Shown: piece by piece, positions 10,418 to 20,490 of the stretch
How positions within the stretch are numbered: the first letter of the stretch is position 1
Layout: every line of letters starts with the position of its first letter
Assembly: GCA_035262505.1 (NCBI GenBank)
Contig: DATFSR010000017.1
Location: 46,175 to 110,174, forward strand
Reading direction: 5' to 3'
From: Candidatus Acidiferrum sp.
GTDB taxonomy: Bacteria; Acidobacteriota; Terriglobia; Acidiferrales; UBA7541
DNA length: 64,000 bases
Notes under the pieces: model-generated
Databases searched by the model: none
The model's input: only the letters and a program-made list of their open reading frames with translations
Told to the model about the DNA's origin: nothing
Made by a program: the position numbers and the translations under genes

Positions 10418-11239
10418 GTGGGAAACTCCCAGCGGCCAAGACCCCTTACCATTTGCGGCTTAGCCTTCCTGTTCCTTGCAGGCGCGATCATGATTCACGC
10501 CTTGCAAGCTTCTTCGCAGACGCAACAACCAACGGCCAGCCCCACGCCGCAGGCATCCAGCGTTCTCGCGGGACAGGGTGCATCGTCGGCTGGTTCTTCA
10601 ACCGCACAAATCTCCCAAAGTGGACCGAGCGTTGTAGTGCTGGACCCGGCGCACGGAGGCACGGACCTTGGCGCGCGCGGAACAGGAGGAATCCAGGAAA
10701 GCGAAATCGTCATGGAATTTGCTGCAGAGGTTCGGAAAGCGCTCGAACAACAAGGATTTCAAGTGCTGCAAACGCGCCAAGCGAACGATAACCCGTCTTT
10801 TGATGACCGCTCAGCGATTGCGAATGCTCAGCGAAACGCCGTTTTTGTCACCTTGCACGTTTCGTCGACGGGATTGCCGGGAACCGTCCGCGTGTACGTA
10901 AATTCCGGCTTGCCGGCAGTCACAACAACGAGCGGACTGATCCCCTGGGACAGCGCGCAAGCTCCGTTTCTTGGACTCAGCCGGAAACTCGGCGACCTTA
11001 TTCAGGGAATGCTCACGCAGCGCTTCAAGGGTTCGCCGGATGCGGCACAAACCGCAACCATACGTCAGCTTCGGACGACGGCTGCGCCGGCGATTGCGGT
11101 TGAGGTCTCGAGCGTGGTGGTGAATGATCGCGCTGAACTGGACAACATGGCGCCGGGAGTGGCAGACGCCATCGCGCGTGGCGTAGTGGCATTCAAACCG
11201 CTGTATGTGATTACAGGCACCGGCGGAGGGTCGCCATGA
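10418..11239 (+). CDS. N-acetylmuramoyl-L-alanine amidase (Amidase_3)
   Basis: VVLDPAHGG, ESE, FVTLHV, IAVEV zinc/catalytic motifs; N-terminal TM. Probable leaderless GTG 7 nt after TGATATGCT. Confidence 0.85.
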   Translation: MGNSQRPRPLTICGLAFLFLAGAIMIHALQASSQTQQPTASPTPQASSVLAGQGASSAGSSTAQISQSGPSVVVLDPAHGGTDLGARGTGGIQESEIVMEFAAEVRKALEQQGFQVLQTRQANDNPSFDDRSAIANAQRNAVFVTLHVSSTGLPGTVRVYVNSGLPAVTTTSGLIPWDSAQAPFLGLSRKLGDLIQGMLTQRFKGSPDAAQTATIRQLRTTAAPAIAVEVSSVVVNDRAELDNMAPGVADAIARGVVAFKPLYVITGTGGGSP

Positions 11240-11988
11240 CGGATCCACTGATCGACTCCTTGACCGAGCTTGCACCGGGACCTGCAAGAGAGAAATGGAA
11301 ATTCTGGCTGACGGCACTGCTCGTGTTTGTTGTGGTTGGCGCAGCGATTACTGCTCCCATCCTTCGCAGGCGCATGAAGCGTGCCGCTCGCTTGCAGCAA
11401 CAGACCGAGGAGCAGGCGCGGCGTGAATTGACGCAGCCGGTGCCGATGAACCCGAGCGATCCGCGCGTGAAAGCGAAGCTTTTCTGGCTTTCCGACGCGG
11501 ATAGCTCCGTGCTGGCGCCGGTAACGGTCGAGTTGCCGCTCTCCAGCGATCCCGTGCTGCGTTCCAAGCAAGTGTTGAACACCTTGCTGGCCGGCCCGGT
11601 GGACGTGGAGCTGCGCACGCTGCCACCGGATGCAGTGCTGCTCGCGTTTTATATTTTGCCGGATGGGACGGCGATCGCGGATTTTTCGGAGGCGCTCGCC
11701 ACATCGATACCTTCTGGAATCGCCAGCGAGCAACTGGGGGTGGACTCCATGACACAAACGCTCGCAGCGAATGTGAAGGAAGTGAAGCGGCTGAAGATTC
11801 TAATTCATGGCCAGGAAGCAGAGACGCTGGCCGGACACGTGGATTTGACCGGAACTTTTGCTGTGCTCGTTAATGCGTCTCAGGCGCCCACGAATCCCAT
11901 TGCGGCGCCCGCCGCAGGCAGAGTTGGGGACCTGGTTGGGCCGCCGTTGACAGCAGGCGGCAGCGCCGTCAAACTGGCTCCGCGGTAA
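11236..11988 (+). CDS. GerMN domain membrane-anchored protein
   Basis: TM helix, then LLAGP...LP...AIADFS...SE..GVDSMTQTL...ILIHG...TLAGH; ATGA overlap with the amidase. Confidence 0.85.
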   Translation: MTDPLIDSLTELAPGPAREKWKFWLTALLVFVVVGAAITAPILRRRMKRAARLQQQTEEQARRELTQPVPMNPSDPRVKAKLFWLSDADSSVLAPVTVELPLSSDPVLRSKQVLNTLLAGPVDVELRTLPPDAVLLAFYILPDGTAIADFSEALATSIPSGIASEQLGVDSMTQTLAANVKEVKRLKILIHGQEAETLAGHVDLTGTFAVLVNASQAPTNPIAAPAAGRVGDLVGPPLTAGGSAVKLAPR

Positions 11989-12035
11989 CAGAGAAATGTC
12001 GCCAAGCGCGTGAATAAACTAACGCGGGAGGACGA

Positions 12036-12773
12036 GTGAGAAGCGACGGCCGGGCTGCGGACCAGATGCGCCCACTGAAAATCACGCCAGATTTCATCTC
12101 GACGGCGGAAGGCAGCGTGCTGATCGAGCTGGGAAACACGCGTGTGATTTGCACCGCCACCGTAGATGATGGAGTTCCTCCTTTCTTGAAGGGCAGCGGG
12201 AAAGGCTGGGTGACCAGCGAATACGGAATGTTGCCGCGAGCCACCGAAGAGCGAACGCCGCGCGAGGCCGCCCGGGGAAAGCAGTCCGGGCGGACGCTGG
12301 AAATCCAGCGAATGATCGGCCGCTCGCTGCGCGCCGTGACCGATCAAGAGGCCATGGGCGAGCGCACGGTGTGGCTCGATTGCGACGTGATTCAAGCCGA
12401 CGGCGGAACGCGCACGGCTTCCATCACCGGAGCGTTTGTGGCGCTGGCGCTGGCGCTTGAGCGAATGGTGGCCGCGGGAATGCTGAAGAGTTCTCCGCTG
12501 ATTGACACGGTGGCCGCCACAAGCGTTGGCATTGTGAATGACCGCGCGCTGCTGGACCTTGCCTATGAAGAGGACTCGCGCGCGGAAGTGGACATGAACG
12601 TAGTCATGACCGGGAGCGGGCACTTCGTGGAAATCCAGGCGACGGCGGAAGGCCGTGCGTTCAGCGGGAGCGAGATGCAGGATTTGCTCGCCCTCGCGGC
12701 CGCGGGAATCCGGCGCCTTACCGACGAACAACGAGCGGTGTTGCCCTCGAAATTCAGTGCGCGCGCCCGCTAA
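12036..12773 (+). CDS. rph: Ribonuclease PH
   Basis: [55 protein letters not shown]. Confidence 0.97.
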   Translation: MRSDGRAADQMRPLKITPDFISTAEGSVLIELGNTRVICTATVDDGVPPFLKGSGKGWVTSEYGMLPRATEERTPREAARGKQSGRTLEIQRMIGRSLRAVTDQEAMGERTVWLDCDVIQADGGTRTASITGAFVALALALERMVAAGMLKSSPLIDTVAATSVGIVNDRALLDLAYEEDSRAEVDMNVVMTGSGHFVEIQATAEGRAFSGSEMQDLLALAAAGIRRLTDEQRAVLPSKFSARAR

Positions 12774-13377
12774 GCTTTATCTCGCCTCGTCAAATCCGGG
12801 AAAACTCAACGAATATCGTGTGTTGGCGGAGAACGCCGGACCATCGCCGGTTTTTTCTGTCGAGCTAGGGTTGCTGCCCAAGTTTGCATCGCTTCCAGAG
12901 TTTGAAGAAAGCGCGCCGACGTTTGCGGAAAATGCGGCCGGCAAGGCGCTGCATTATTCGCGATTGAGCAATGGATTGGTTTTCGCAGATGATTCAGGCC
13001 TTGTCGTGCCCGCACTCGGCGGCGCGCCGGGCGTGCATTCGGCAAGGTACGCTGGCGCAAACGCGACGAATTCGCGGCGCATCGAAAAGCTTTTGAGCGA
13101 GATGCGCGGCAAAGTTGGCGGTGAACGCTTCGCGCATTTCGTTTGTGCCATTGCGCTGGCGCGAAAAGGAAGAGCGCTGGCGGTGATCACGGACCTCGTC
13201 GATGGGGAAATTCTGGAGTCTCCAATAGGCACAGGGGGATTCGGCTACGACCCGGTGTTTTACTTCCCGGCTCTGAAGAAAACCTTCGCGGAACTCTCTC
13301 CCGAGGAGAAAAATCAGCGCAGTCACCGCGGTAAAGCTTTCCGCAAATTGATCGCCGCGCTTTCCTCCATGCTATAG
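12757..13377 (+). CDS. rdgB: dITP/XTP pyrophosphatase (Ham1 family)
   Basis: [52 protein letters not shown] 12757 overlaps the rph end. Confidence 0.95.
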   Translation: MRAPAKLYLASSNPGKLNEYRVLAENAGPSPVFSVELGLLPKFASLPEFEESAPTFAENAAGKALHYSRLSNGLVFADDSGLVVPALGGAPGVHSARYAGANATNSRRIEKLLSEMRGKVGGERFAHFVCAIALARKGRALAVITDLVDGEILESPIGTGGFGYDPVFYFPALKKTFAELSPEEKNQRSHRGKAFRKLIAALSSML

Positions 13378-13388
13378 TCTTGGCTCCC

Positions 13389-14141
13389 ATGGGGACGCAG
13401 CCGAAGAAAAAGAAATCTGCGGGGAAGAAATCGCCGCGGTCGAAGGCCATCGCTACGAAACCGCGGAATGCAGTTAAAACCGCAAGGCCTGTGCGCGCGG
13501 CAGGCACCGATCCCCAACGCGTAGCGGCTATTCTTGCGAAGCTAGACCAGGCGTATCCCGACGCCACTTGCGAACTGAACCACAAGAATGCGTTTGAGCT
13601 GCTGATTGCGACGATTCTTTCCGCACAATGCACGGACGTGCGCGTGAATCAGGTTACTGTGATGCTGTTCCAAAAATATCCTGATGCCAAGGCGTTCGCG
13701 TATGCCACGCCGAGCGAACTGGAGCAGGAGATTCGGCCCACAGGATTTTTCCGCAACAAAACCAAATCGGTGATGGGCGCAAGCAAGGGCATCCTGGACA
13801 ATTTTCGTGGAGAAGTGCCGCGCACCATGGAGGAAATCCTCACGCTGCCCGGCGTGGCGCGAAAAACTGGCAACGTCGTGCTCGGGACCGCGTACGGAAT
13901 CCCCAGCGGCATCGTTGTAGACACGCATGTGCAGCGCATCGCAAATCGGCTGGACCTGACGCGAAACGAGGACCCCAAGAAGATCGAGCAAGACTTGATG
14001 CAAGTGATCCCGAAGGACAAGTGGATTCAGTTTTCGCACCAGATCATCTGGCACGGACGAAGAGTTTGCCAGGCGCGCAAACCCAAGTGCGTGGAATGCA
14101 ATATGGAATCGCTCTGCTACGCGAAGGACAAAACCGTCTGA
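13389..14141 (+). CDS. nth: Endonuclease III
   Basis: LLIATILSAQCTD, HhH LPGVARKT, VDTHV, and CQARKPKCVECNMESLC 4Fe-4S motif; basic N-terminal extension. Confidence 0.96.
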   Translation: MGTQPKKKKSAGKKSPRSKAIATKPRNAVKTARPVRAAGTDPQRVAAILAKLDQAYPDATCELNHKNAFELLIATILSAQCTDVRVNQVTVMLFQKYPDAKAFAYATPSELEQEIRPTGFFRNKTKSVMGASKGILDNFRGEVPRTMEEILTLPGVARKTGNVVLGTAYGIPSGIVVDTHVQRIANRLDLTRNEDPKKIEQDLMQVIPKDKWIQFSHQIIWHGRRVCQARKPKCVECNMESLCYAKDKTV

Positions 14142-14197
14142 GTCCGATGCGATTCAAGCGAGTACCTTGCGACTCGCGCTCAAGCTTGAAAGCCGGT

Positions 14198-14713
14198 TTA
14201 CCGTGGTTTCTGGATGGAGTGTTGCTCCTGCGAGGCTGGCGGCGGTGCCCCTTGCGGGGAGCTAACAGAAGGATGGCCGGGAGGAAGCGCGGCCTGCCCC
14301 TGGGTGCCGGAAGGATTCAACAGTTCGTTAAAATTGGGCATTGCATGGACAGGCAAATTGGGATCTGCGTTCTGACTTGCATTGGGATGCTGCATCGCGC
14401 CGGCGAGCGGTTGAGTTTTTAAGACGACCCACGCGTCGCCGCGCTTTTCGAGCTCATAGCCAACCTGCATTCCAGCGCCGACCGGAGCGCCGGCGGTTTT
14501 AACGCGAAACTCTACCTCCGCATGAGCTTGACGGCCCGTTACTGCGATGCTGCGCACATCCATGTCCATCGCGCTCATGTTCAGAGTGCCGATGGAAGTC
14601 AGGTGTTGAAGGATTCCCGCACGAATGGCGTCGCTGTCGTTCGTACGCTTTTTGCAGGCCCACAAACTGGAGAGCGCAATCGCCAATCCGACGGCCAGAG
14701 TGATGCGCTTCAT
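14198..14713 (-). CDS. Hypothetical lipoprotein
   Basis: MKRITL...LWA-C lipobox; C-terminal Pro-rich tail with LPPGHP. Confidence 0.7.
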   Translation of the reverse strand: MKRITLAVGLAIALSSLWACKKRTNDSDAIRAGILQHLTSIGTLNMSAMDMDVRSIAVTGRQAHAEVEFRVKTAGAPVGAGMQVGYELEKRGDAWVVLKTQPLAGAMQHPNASQNADPNLPVHAMPNFNELLNPSGTQGQAALPPGHPSVSSPQGAPPPASQEQHSIQKPR

Positions 14714-14736
14714 GAAATCCTTTCGGACTCTTACGT

Positions 14737-16914
14737 TCAAGACGACAATTTTGTGCCAGCGGCCCGCAAGCCGTTCGGAACCATTGGCAAATTGTTGAGG
14801 CGAATGTCGGTGGCATCGAACAGAGCGTTGCCCACGGCCGGGGCAATGGCCATGATGGGTGTTTCCCCTGCGCCTGCCGATGGAATGTCTTTTCGATCCA
14901 GAAGCACAGCTTCGACCTCGGGGACATCGCGGAAGCGCGGCACGCGATATGCGGAAAAGTGGGGATTCCTGATGCGGCCATTTTCAAATTCGACGGCCTC
15001 GAAAAGAGCTCCGCCCAATCCCTGGATGACAGCTCCAATCACCTGATTGCGCAAGCCATCGGGGTTGACGATGGCGCCGCACTCGAAAGCTTCGACCACT
15101 CGCACAACGTGCACGTCTCCGGAGGCGCGGTTTACTGCGACTTCGGCGCACGTCGCCACGTAGCCTCCCTTCTCGAAGCCGCATGCGAGACCAAACCCTT
15201 GCCCCGTTTGTGTTTTCTTCCGCGGCCAGCCGAAGGATTTTGCGGCTGCTTCCAAGACAGCCCGCACTCGCGCGTCGGAAAGATTCTTCATGCGAAACTC
15301 GAAAGGATCCATTTGCGCAACGTGGGCCAGCGCATCCATGTGAGACTCGCGCGCAAAATGGTTCGCGGTGGCGGCCAGGCCTCGATAGGACCCGCTGCGC
15401 AAGACCAATGGCACCTGATGGTATTCGGTATGTTGATTCGCGACGTCGTAAGGCGTTTCGATCCCCGACATTCCAGAGTGATAGTTGTGAAACTCCCAAG
15501 CGGTGAGTTTGCCTTCCTTGGAAATGCCACTCTTGACTTCGATCAGGCCCGCGGGGCGGAAATAGGCCCAAGTGAACTCCTCCTCCCGGGTCCAGACTAC
15601 TTTCACCGGTTTGCCAGCGGCCTTTGCCAAACGCGCTGCTTCCAGCGCCGCGTCGCTCGTGTGTTTGCCTCCGTAGGCTGCGCCAGTATCTGGAACGATG
15701 ACGCGAACGCGGTTCTCGGGAATATGAAAGAGGCTGGCAAGCTCGTCCCGATTCGCGAAGGGGCGCTGCGTACCGGTCCACACGACGAGCTGGCCATCGG
15801 TCCATTGCGCCACGGCGGCACGCGGCTCGAGCGGAGCGTGGGCTATGTATGCAACGTTATGAGTTGTTTCGAGACGATGCGCGGCCGAGGCGAGGCCGTC
15901 TTCTACCGAACCTTTTTGATGGCGGAATCGCTCATTCGACGAAGGCTCGGCATTCTTCTTGAGATACGAGAAAATCTCTTTGCTTGAAACCTGCGGAACC
16001 TCTTTCCATTGCGTGCGAATGGCATCGAGCGCTTTCTGTGCCTCGTGGACGCTCGGAGCGGTCACGCCGACGAAGTCGCCATCGCGCAGGACCGTAACGC
16101 CATTCATGGCCTTCGCCGCGCTGTCGTCATACGAACTCAGCGTCGCACCAAACGACGGCGGACGCAGTACCTTTCCGTAAAGCATGCCTTCCAGGTGAAT
16201 ATCGCTCGAGTACTGGTGACCCCCGGTGACAAACGCGCGTCCATCGACCTTGGGAAGGGGCGTGCCTGCAACTTTCCATTCGGTTGCGGGAGTGACGGGG
16301 TCCTCGGCAGGAAGATTCTGGGCCAGCGCTTTGCCGCGCGCGAGTTCGGCATAGCTGAGTGAACGCTTTGCGGCTGGATCTGTGACTTTCGCGTCGCCGG
16401 CTACTAATCCCTCCGGCGGAACGTTCCATTCCTTGGCGGCTACGCCGATAAGCAGGTCGCGAGCCGCTTCGGCAACGCGGCGGAATTGCGGCGTCATCGT
16501 CGGCGTGGAGCGGCTGCCGAATGTGCCAGCGTCAAATGGCGTCAGGGTGGTATCCGCCATGACCAGGCGTACGCTTTCGAAAGGCACGCGCAATTCGTCG
16601 GCGATGGTTTGCGAAATCGAAGTGCGGATGTTCTGGCCCACTTCGGCCTTGCCGGTGAAGCCGGTGACGACGCCGTCTTCGCCAACGTGCAGCCAGGAAC
16701 TGATTTCCTTCGGGAGCTCTTCGTTGTGGAAAGAACGCGAGCCGGCAGGAGTTTCTTGCATTGCGAAGGCGTCTTTCGCCACGACAAAGATGGCGATCCC
16801 CGAGCCCAGGAGTTTGAAAAACTCGCGGCGCGCCAGGTCGAATTTATGGATTGGCGCAGCGGTGAATTCAAAACGTTCGGGCTCGGCAACGAAATTCTGT
16901 TTTATGGTGTTCAT
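14737..16914 (-). CDS. Molybdopterin-dependent oxidoreductase large subunit (IorB/isoquinoline 1-oxidoreductase-like)
   Basis: Tat-like RREFFK, GKAEVGQ, TFGSRST, HAPLEP, GAAYGGK, GAGETP. ATG 16914 overlaps the small-subunit stop. Confidence 0.9.
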   Translation of the reverse strand: MNTIKQNFVAEPERFEFTAAPIHKFDLARREFFKLLGSGIAIFVVAKDAFAMQETPAGSRSFHNEELPKEISSWLHVGEDGVVTGFTGKAEVGQNIRTSISQTIADELRVPFESVRLVMADTTLTPFDAGTFGSRSTPTMTPQFRRVAEAARDLLIGVAAKEWNVPPEGLVAGDAKVTDPAAKRSLSYAELARGKALAQNLPAEDPVTPATEWKVAGTPLPKVDGRAFVTGGHQYSSDIHLEGMLYGKVLRPPSFGATLSSYDDSAAKAMNGVTVLRDGDFVGVTAPSVHEAQKALDAIRTQWKEVPQVSSKEIFSYLKKNAEPSSNERFRHQKGSVEDGLASAAHRLETTHNVAYIAHAPLEPRAAVAQWTDGQLVVWTGTQRPFANRDELASLFHIPENRVRVIVPDTGAAYGGKHTSDAALEAARLAKAAGKPVKVVWTREEEFTWAYFRPAGLIEVKSGISKEGKLTAWEFHNYHSGMSGIETPYDVANQHTEYHQVPLVLRSGSYRGLAATANHFARESHMDALAHVAQMDPFEFRMKNLSDARVRAVLEAAAKSFGWPRKKTQTGQGFGLACGFEKGGYVATCAEVAVNRASGDVHVVRVVEAFECGAIVNPDGLRNQVIGAVIQGLGGALFEAVEFENGRIRNPHFSAYRVPRFRDVPEVEAVLLDRKDIPSAGAGETPIMAIAPAVGNALFDATDIRLNNLPMVPNGLRAAGTKLSS

Positions 16915-17390
16915 CGCGCACGCTCCTGCATCATTTTGGCGGCGCGCTGCACAGCCTTTATGATGCGCGGGTGCGTCCCGCAGCGGCAAATGTTGCCTTG
17001 GAGAAACTGAACAAGGTCTTCGCGTTTCGGATTTGCGTTCGCCTGCAGCAAACCGACGCTGCTCATCACCATTCCCGAAGTGCAAAACGCGCACTGAAAC
17101 GCGCCCGCTTCGAGAAACGCCTGCTGTACGGGGTGGAGCTTTCCATCTTTCTCGAGACCTTCAACGGTCGTAACGGGTTTTGTCGCTGCGGCGCTGACCG
17201 AAATCTGGCATGAGCGCCTGGGCGCTCCGCCTATCAATACCGTGCAAGCCCCACACTGCCCTTCCCCGCAGCCATACTTGGTGCCCGTGAGGCCGAGTTC
17301 ATCGTGCAGCACATACAAAAGTGGCGTGTCGGGAGCGTAGCTGACGGCGTAGCGTTTCCCGTTGACCTCGATTTCCAGTGATTTCGCCAT
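16911..17390 (-). CDS. (2Fe-2S)-binding small subunit (IorA/CoxS-like)
   Basis: GTKYGCGEGQCGACTV, QCAFCTSG, GNICRCG. Confidence 0.95.
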   Translation of the reverse strand: MAKSLEIEVNGKRYAVSYAPDTPLLYVLHDELGLTGTKYGCGEGQCGACTVLIGGAPRRSCQISVSAAATKPVTTVEGLEKDGKLHPVQQAFLEAGAFQCAFCTSGMVMSSVGLLQANANPKREDLVQFLQGNICRCGTHPRIIKAVQRAAKMMQERAR

Positions 17391-17504
17391 AAGCCCTCCT
17401 CACTCGCAAATTTTCCGCCCGATTCTTCTCTGTCGCAAGTGTTGTGGCAAGCAATGCAAAACGAATTCGTTTTCCCCGTCCTCGATCGTTCTCGAGCTTT
17501 GTTC

Positions 17505-18869
17505 CTATTCAATCCACACGGTCTTGATGTTCGTGAACTCCCGGATTCCGTGAACTCCCAACTCTCTCCCGTGCCCCGACCACTTCACTCCTCCGAATGG
17601 GAGCCTCGGATCGGAGGCCACCATCTTGTTAATGAAAACCATCCCGGCTTCGAGCTCGTTGATGAAGCGTTCGCGTTCCTTGTCGTCATTGGTCCATGCA
17701 CTGGCGCCCAACCCAAAACGGCTGTCGTTGGCGATGCGAATTGCGTCATCCAAGTTTTTGGCGCGAAACACGCTACCGACAGGACCGAACAATTCTTCTT
17801 TGTGAGCTGGCGAGCCTTTTGGGATGTTGGTCAACACGGTTGGCGCGTAGAAATTTCCCGGCCGATCCAGCGGCCCGCCGCCGGTCAAGACTTTTGCACC
17901 TGCTTCGATTGTGGCTTTCACATCGCGATCAAGGTCTTTCAATCCCTGCTCGGTCGAGAGCGGGCCAAGTTCTGTCGTTTCGCCAAACGGATCTCCCACT
18001 TTCAACGCCGCCATTTTCTCCGCGAACATTTTCTCGAATTTGTCCGCAATCGCTTCCGCCACGATGAACCGTTTCGCAGCGATGCAGGACTGCCCGTTGT
18101 TGACAATGCGCGCCTTCACCGCCGTGGCCGTGGCAGCTTCCAGATTTGCACTGGGCATCACGATAAAGGGATCGCTGCCGCCCAATTCCAGCACTACTTT
18201 CTTGATTCTTTTCGCGGCGCCCATGCCCACTTCCACACCAGCGCCTTCGCTCCCCGTGAGCGTGGCGGCCTGGACGCGTGGGTCGCCCAACACGCGGTCC
18301 ACTTCTTGCGAGCCAATCAGCAGTGTTTGAAAAGCTCCGTCGGGAAAACCGGCCTTCTGAAAAATCTCTTCAATGAGCAGCGCCGATTGCGGCACGATGG
18401 AAGCGTGCTTCAATAAACCGACGTTTCCCGCCATTAACGCCGGGGCCGCAAAACGAAACACCTGCCAGAACGGAAAATTCCACGGCATCACGGCCAGTAC
18501 GGGGCCCAGCGGGAGGTAGCGGATGTAGCTGCGCTTCGCGTCCGTTTCGACAACTTCATCCGCCAGGAACCGTTCCGCATTTACCGCATAGTAGCGGCAA
18601 GCCCAGGCGCACTTCTCAACCTCGTCGGCGGCGGATCGAAAGGTTTTGCCCATCTCCGTGGTCATTACGCGGGCACAATGCTCCTTTTCGCTTGCAAGGA
18701 TGGCACCGGCTTCGATCATCATCCGCCCGCGGTCGGCAAAGGACGTCTTGCGGTAGCTCGCAAATGTATCTGCCGCTTTCTGGAGTTTCACTTCGATTTG
18801 CGCGTCGGACAGCGATTCGAAGGTCTTCAGAACTTGTCCCGTTGCCGGATTCACGGTTGCAATGGCCAT
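17505..18869 (-). CDS. NAD(P)-dependent succinate-semialdehyde dehydrogenase
   Basis: MPWNFPFWQVFRF, TLTGSEGAG, LELGGSDP, NNGQSCIAAKRF, EELFGP, PFGGVK. Confidence 0.92.
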   Translation of the reverse strand: MAIATVNPATGQVLKTFESLSDAQIEVKLQKAADTFASYRKTSFADRGRMMIEAGAILASEKEHCARVMTTEMGKTFRSAADEVEKCAWACRYYAVNAERFLADEVVETDAKRSYIRYLPLGPVLAVMPWNFPFWQVFRFAAPALMAGNVGLLKHASIVPQSALLIEEIFQKAGFPDGAFQTLLIGSQEVDRVLGDPRVQAATLTGSEGAGVEVGMGAAKRIKKVVLELGGSDPFIVMPSANLEAATATAVKARIVNNGQSCIAAKRFIVAEAIADKFEKMFAEKMAALKVGDPFGETTELGPLSTEQGLKDLDRDVKATIEAGAKVLTGGGPLDRPGNFYAPTVLTNIPKGSPAHKEELFGPVGSVFRAKNLDDAIRIANDSRFGLGASAWTNDDKERERFINELEAGMVFINKMVASDPRLPFGGVKWSGHGRELGVHGIREFTNIKTVWIE

Positions 18870-19043
18870 TTTTTCTCTTTCTTCCCGCACGCTTCTTGCT
18901 CAACGCAACTCACGCCAACGACGGTTGGACAAACCACTATACCTCTAACGTTGTTTCCCGTAACAGTTCGGCCGCCAGTCGAACTCTTGATTCGCTTGTG
19001 GGCAACCGAATCACCTACGAGGTGTTTACTGGAAAGAGAGCAC

Positions 19044-20105
19044 TTAATGCGTGTTCGAGAGCCTCTTGACGCCCGCGTCGGCGAGCTCCCAGCGCGGGCC
19101 GCTGTGAGGCGGAGTGTGTCTAAGAACGGACTTGTAATTGGCCAATGCTTCGTCGCGCTGACCCGCGGCTTCCTGGAGCCTGGCAAGGTACAGGGCATGA
19201 GACAACGGGGTGGTTGCATCGCCAGCGTCCCAATTGTCGAACAGCCAATGAAAGGTAGCAATATGCTCGGCGGGCGGTACGGCGTTAATGAACTCAGAAG
19301 TCTTGACCGACTCATGCGAAAGCTCAGAGTAATAGATTCCGTAAACGTGGCTGCGGTCCGAGTCCGTGAGCGGGCGCTGCTCTTTGCGCATGGCGTTTAA
19401 CACGCGAATCACTTCTTGCTCCGCGTCTTCGCCGCCACAATTCAATAGCGCGGCCAATTGCAGGCGCCGCACGAACTCGCCTTCACGGTGAGATGCCAGC
19501 GCGGCGGCAAAATGCGGCGCAGCTTCCTTGACCCTGTAGCAATGGTCCCAGAGTATCCAGTGGCCCCACATTGCCTCGGCGAAAGGATTGTGCGGATCTT
19601 CAGCGACGGCTTCGCGGTATTGGCTGGCGGGGTCAAGGTCGGCTCGCCCATCGCGTGATTCGAGGAAATAGGCCCAGCCAATATGCGCCCGCAGATCGGC
19701 CTGGTGTTGTCCGGGCTTAGATGCGGCCACTGCGCGCGCGAGGACGGGCTCGAGCTTTTGCACGACGTCAGACCAGTTCTGGTTTTCCTGGAGCCGCATG
19801 TCGTCGAGCCAGAGCATGGCCAGGTTTTCCTGAGCCGCGCGCACCCTGTCGGAATCCGGGGAGAGCTTTGAAGCCCTTTCGAGCGTCTGCCATGCGGAAG
19901 AGTAGTCGTGCGGTTTTTCTTGCTCGGCTTCCGTGGCGAAGAGCTCCGACAGATTCTTTCGGGTTTCCGCACGGCTATAGAGGTATTTCCCGACGCCCCA
20001 AACCGTGGCACAAAGAGAAAAAATCGCTGTGAGGTAACCGATCCACTTCAGGAACTGAGAAAACTTGCTGTCTTTCGCTTGATGCTTCATCTGGAGTGCG
20101 GACAT
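19044..20105 (-). CDS. Hypothetical membrane-anchored TPR-like helical protein
   Basis: N-terminal TM, then Ala/Leu-rich helical repeats (…KLSPDS…, …EDPHNP…). Confidence 0.6.
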   Translation of the reverse strand: MSALQMKHQAKDSKFSQFLKWIGYLTAIFSLCATVWGVGKYLYSRAETRKNLSELFATEAEQEKPHDYSSAWQTLERASKLSPDSDRVRAAQENLAMLWLDDMRLQENQNWSDVVQKLEPVLARAVAASKPGQHQADLRAHIGWAYFLESRDGRADLDPASQYREAVAEDPHNPFAEAMWGHWILWDHCYRVKEAAPHFAAALASHREGEFVRRLQLAALLNCGGEDAEQEVIRVLNAMRKEQRPLTDSDRSHVYGIYYSELSHESVKTSEFINAVPPAEHIATFHWLFDNWDAGDATTPLSHALYLARLQEAAGQRDEALANYKSVLRHTPPHSGPRWELADAGVKRLSNTH

Positions 20106-20136
20106 TGTAGCCGTTCGCCCGGAATATAGTGCGACG

Positions 20137-20170
20137 AAAAACGAAGTCGTTTCACCGGGAGAACGACTCG
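20137..20170 (-). terminator. Rho-independent terminator
   Basis: Minus strand GAGTCGTT-loop-AACGACTT followed by CGTTTTT, 10 nt after the small membrane gene. Confidence 0.6.
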
Positions 20171-20180
20171 GTATGAAGGA

Positions 20181-20324
20181 TCAGAACCAGTCGCTGCGGT
20201 AGGCCACCCACCAGCTTACGAAGCCGATGGGGATGGTGGCGAGCAGGCCCCACATCAGAGGCAAGGTAACATCGGCGATCAAGCCGAGCGCGATGAAGAC
20301 GGTCCAAAATATTTTGCGCTGCAT
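20181..20324 (-). CDS. Small (47 aa) two-TM membrane protein
   Basis: MQRKIFWTVFIALGLIADVTLPLMWGLLATIPIGFVSWWVAYRSDWF; TACAAT 6 nt upstream of ATG; terminator downstream. Confidence 0.7.
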   Translation of the reverse strand: MQRKIFWTVFIALGLIADVTLPLMWGLLATIPIGFVSWWVAYRSDWF

Positions 20325-20490
20325 TTCTACATTGTAGCGCGTTGATGCGCCTCGCTGAATTTCGCTAAGGTTTAGTTCGCACCACGGTGTACTCTCTTGG
20401 CGTCCCAAGGTGGGCAAGAGAGCATCGGATTCCACAGCCTGATTCCATAACGCCGAGAGTCTAAGCATTTTGTGCCTTGTGGCTTGTGAA

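Noticed and set aside
17439-18416. Long plus-strand ORF (325 aa) and similar long antisense ORFs (14959-15987, 41390-42493, 55015-56064, 32265-33119)
   Set aside because: Antisense shadows of well-supported genes in GC-rich DNA, with no recognisable motifs.
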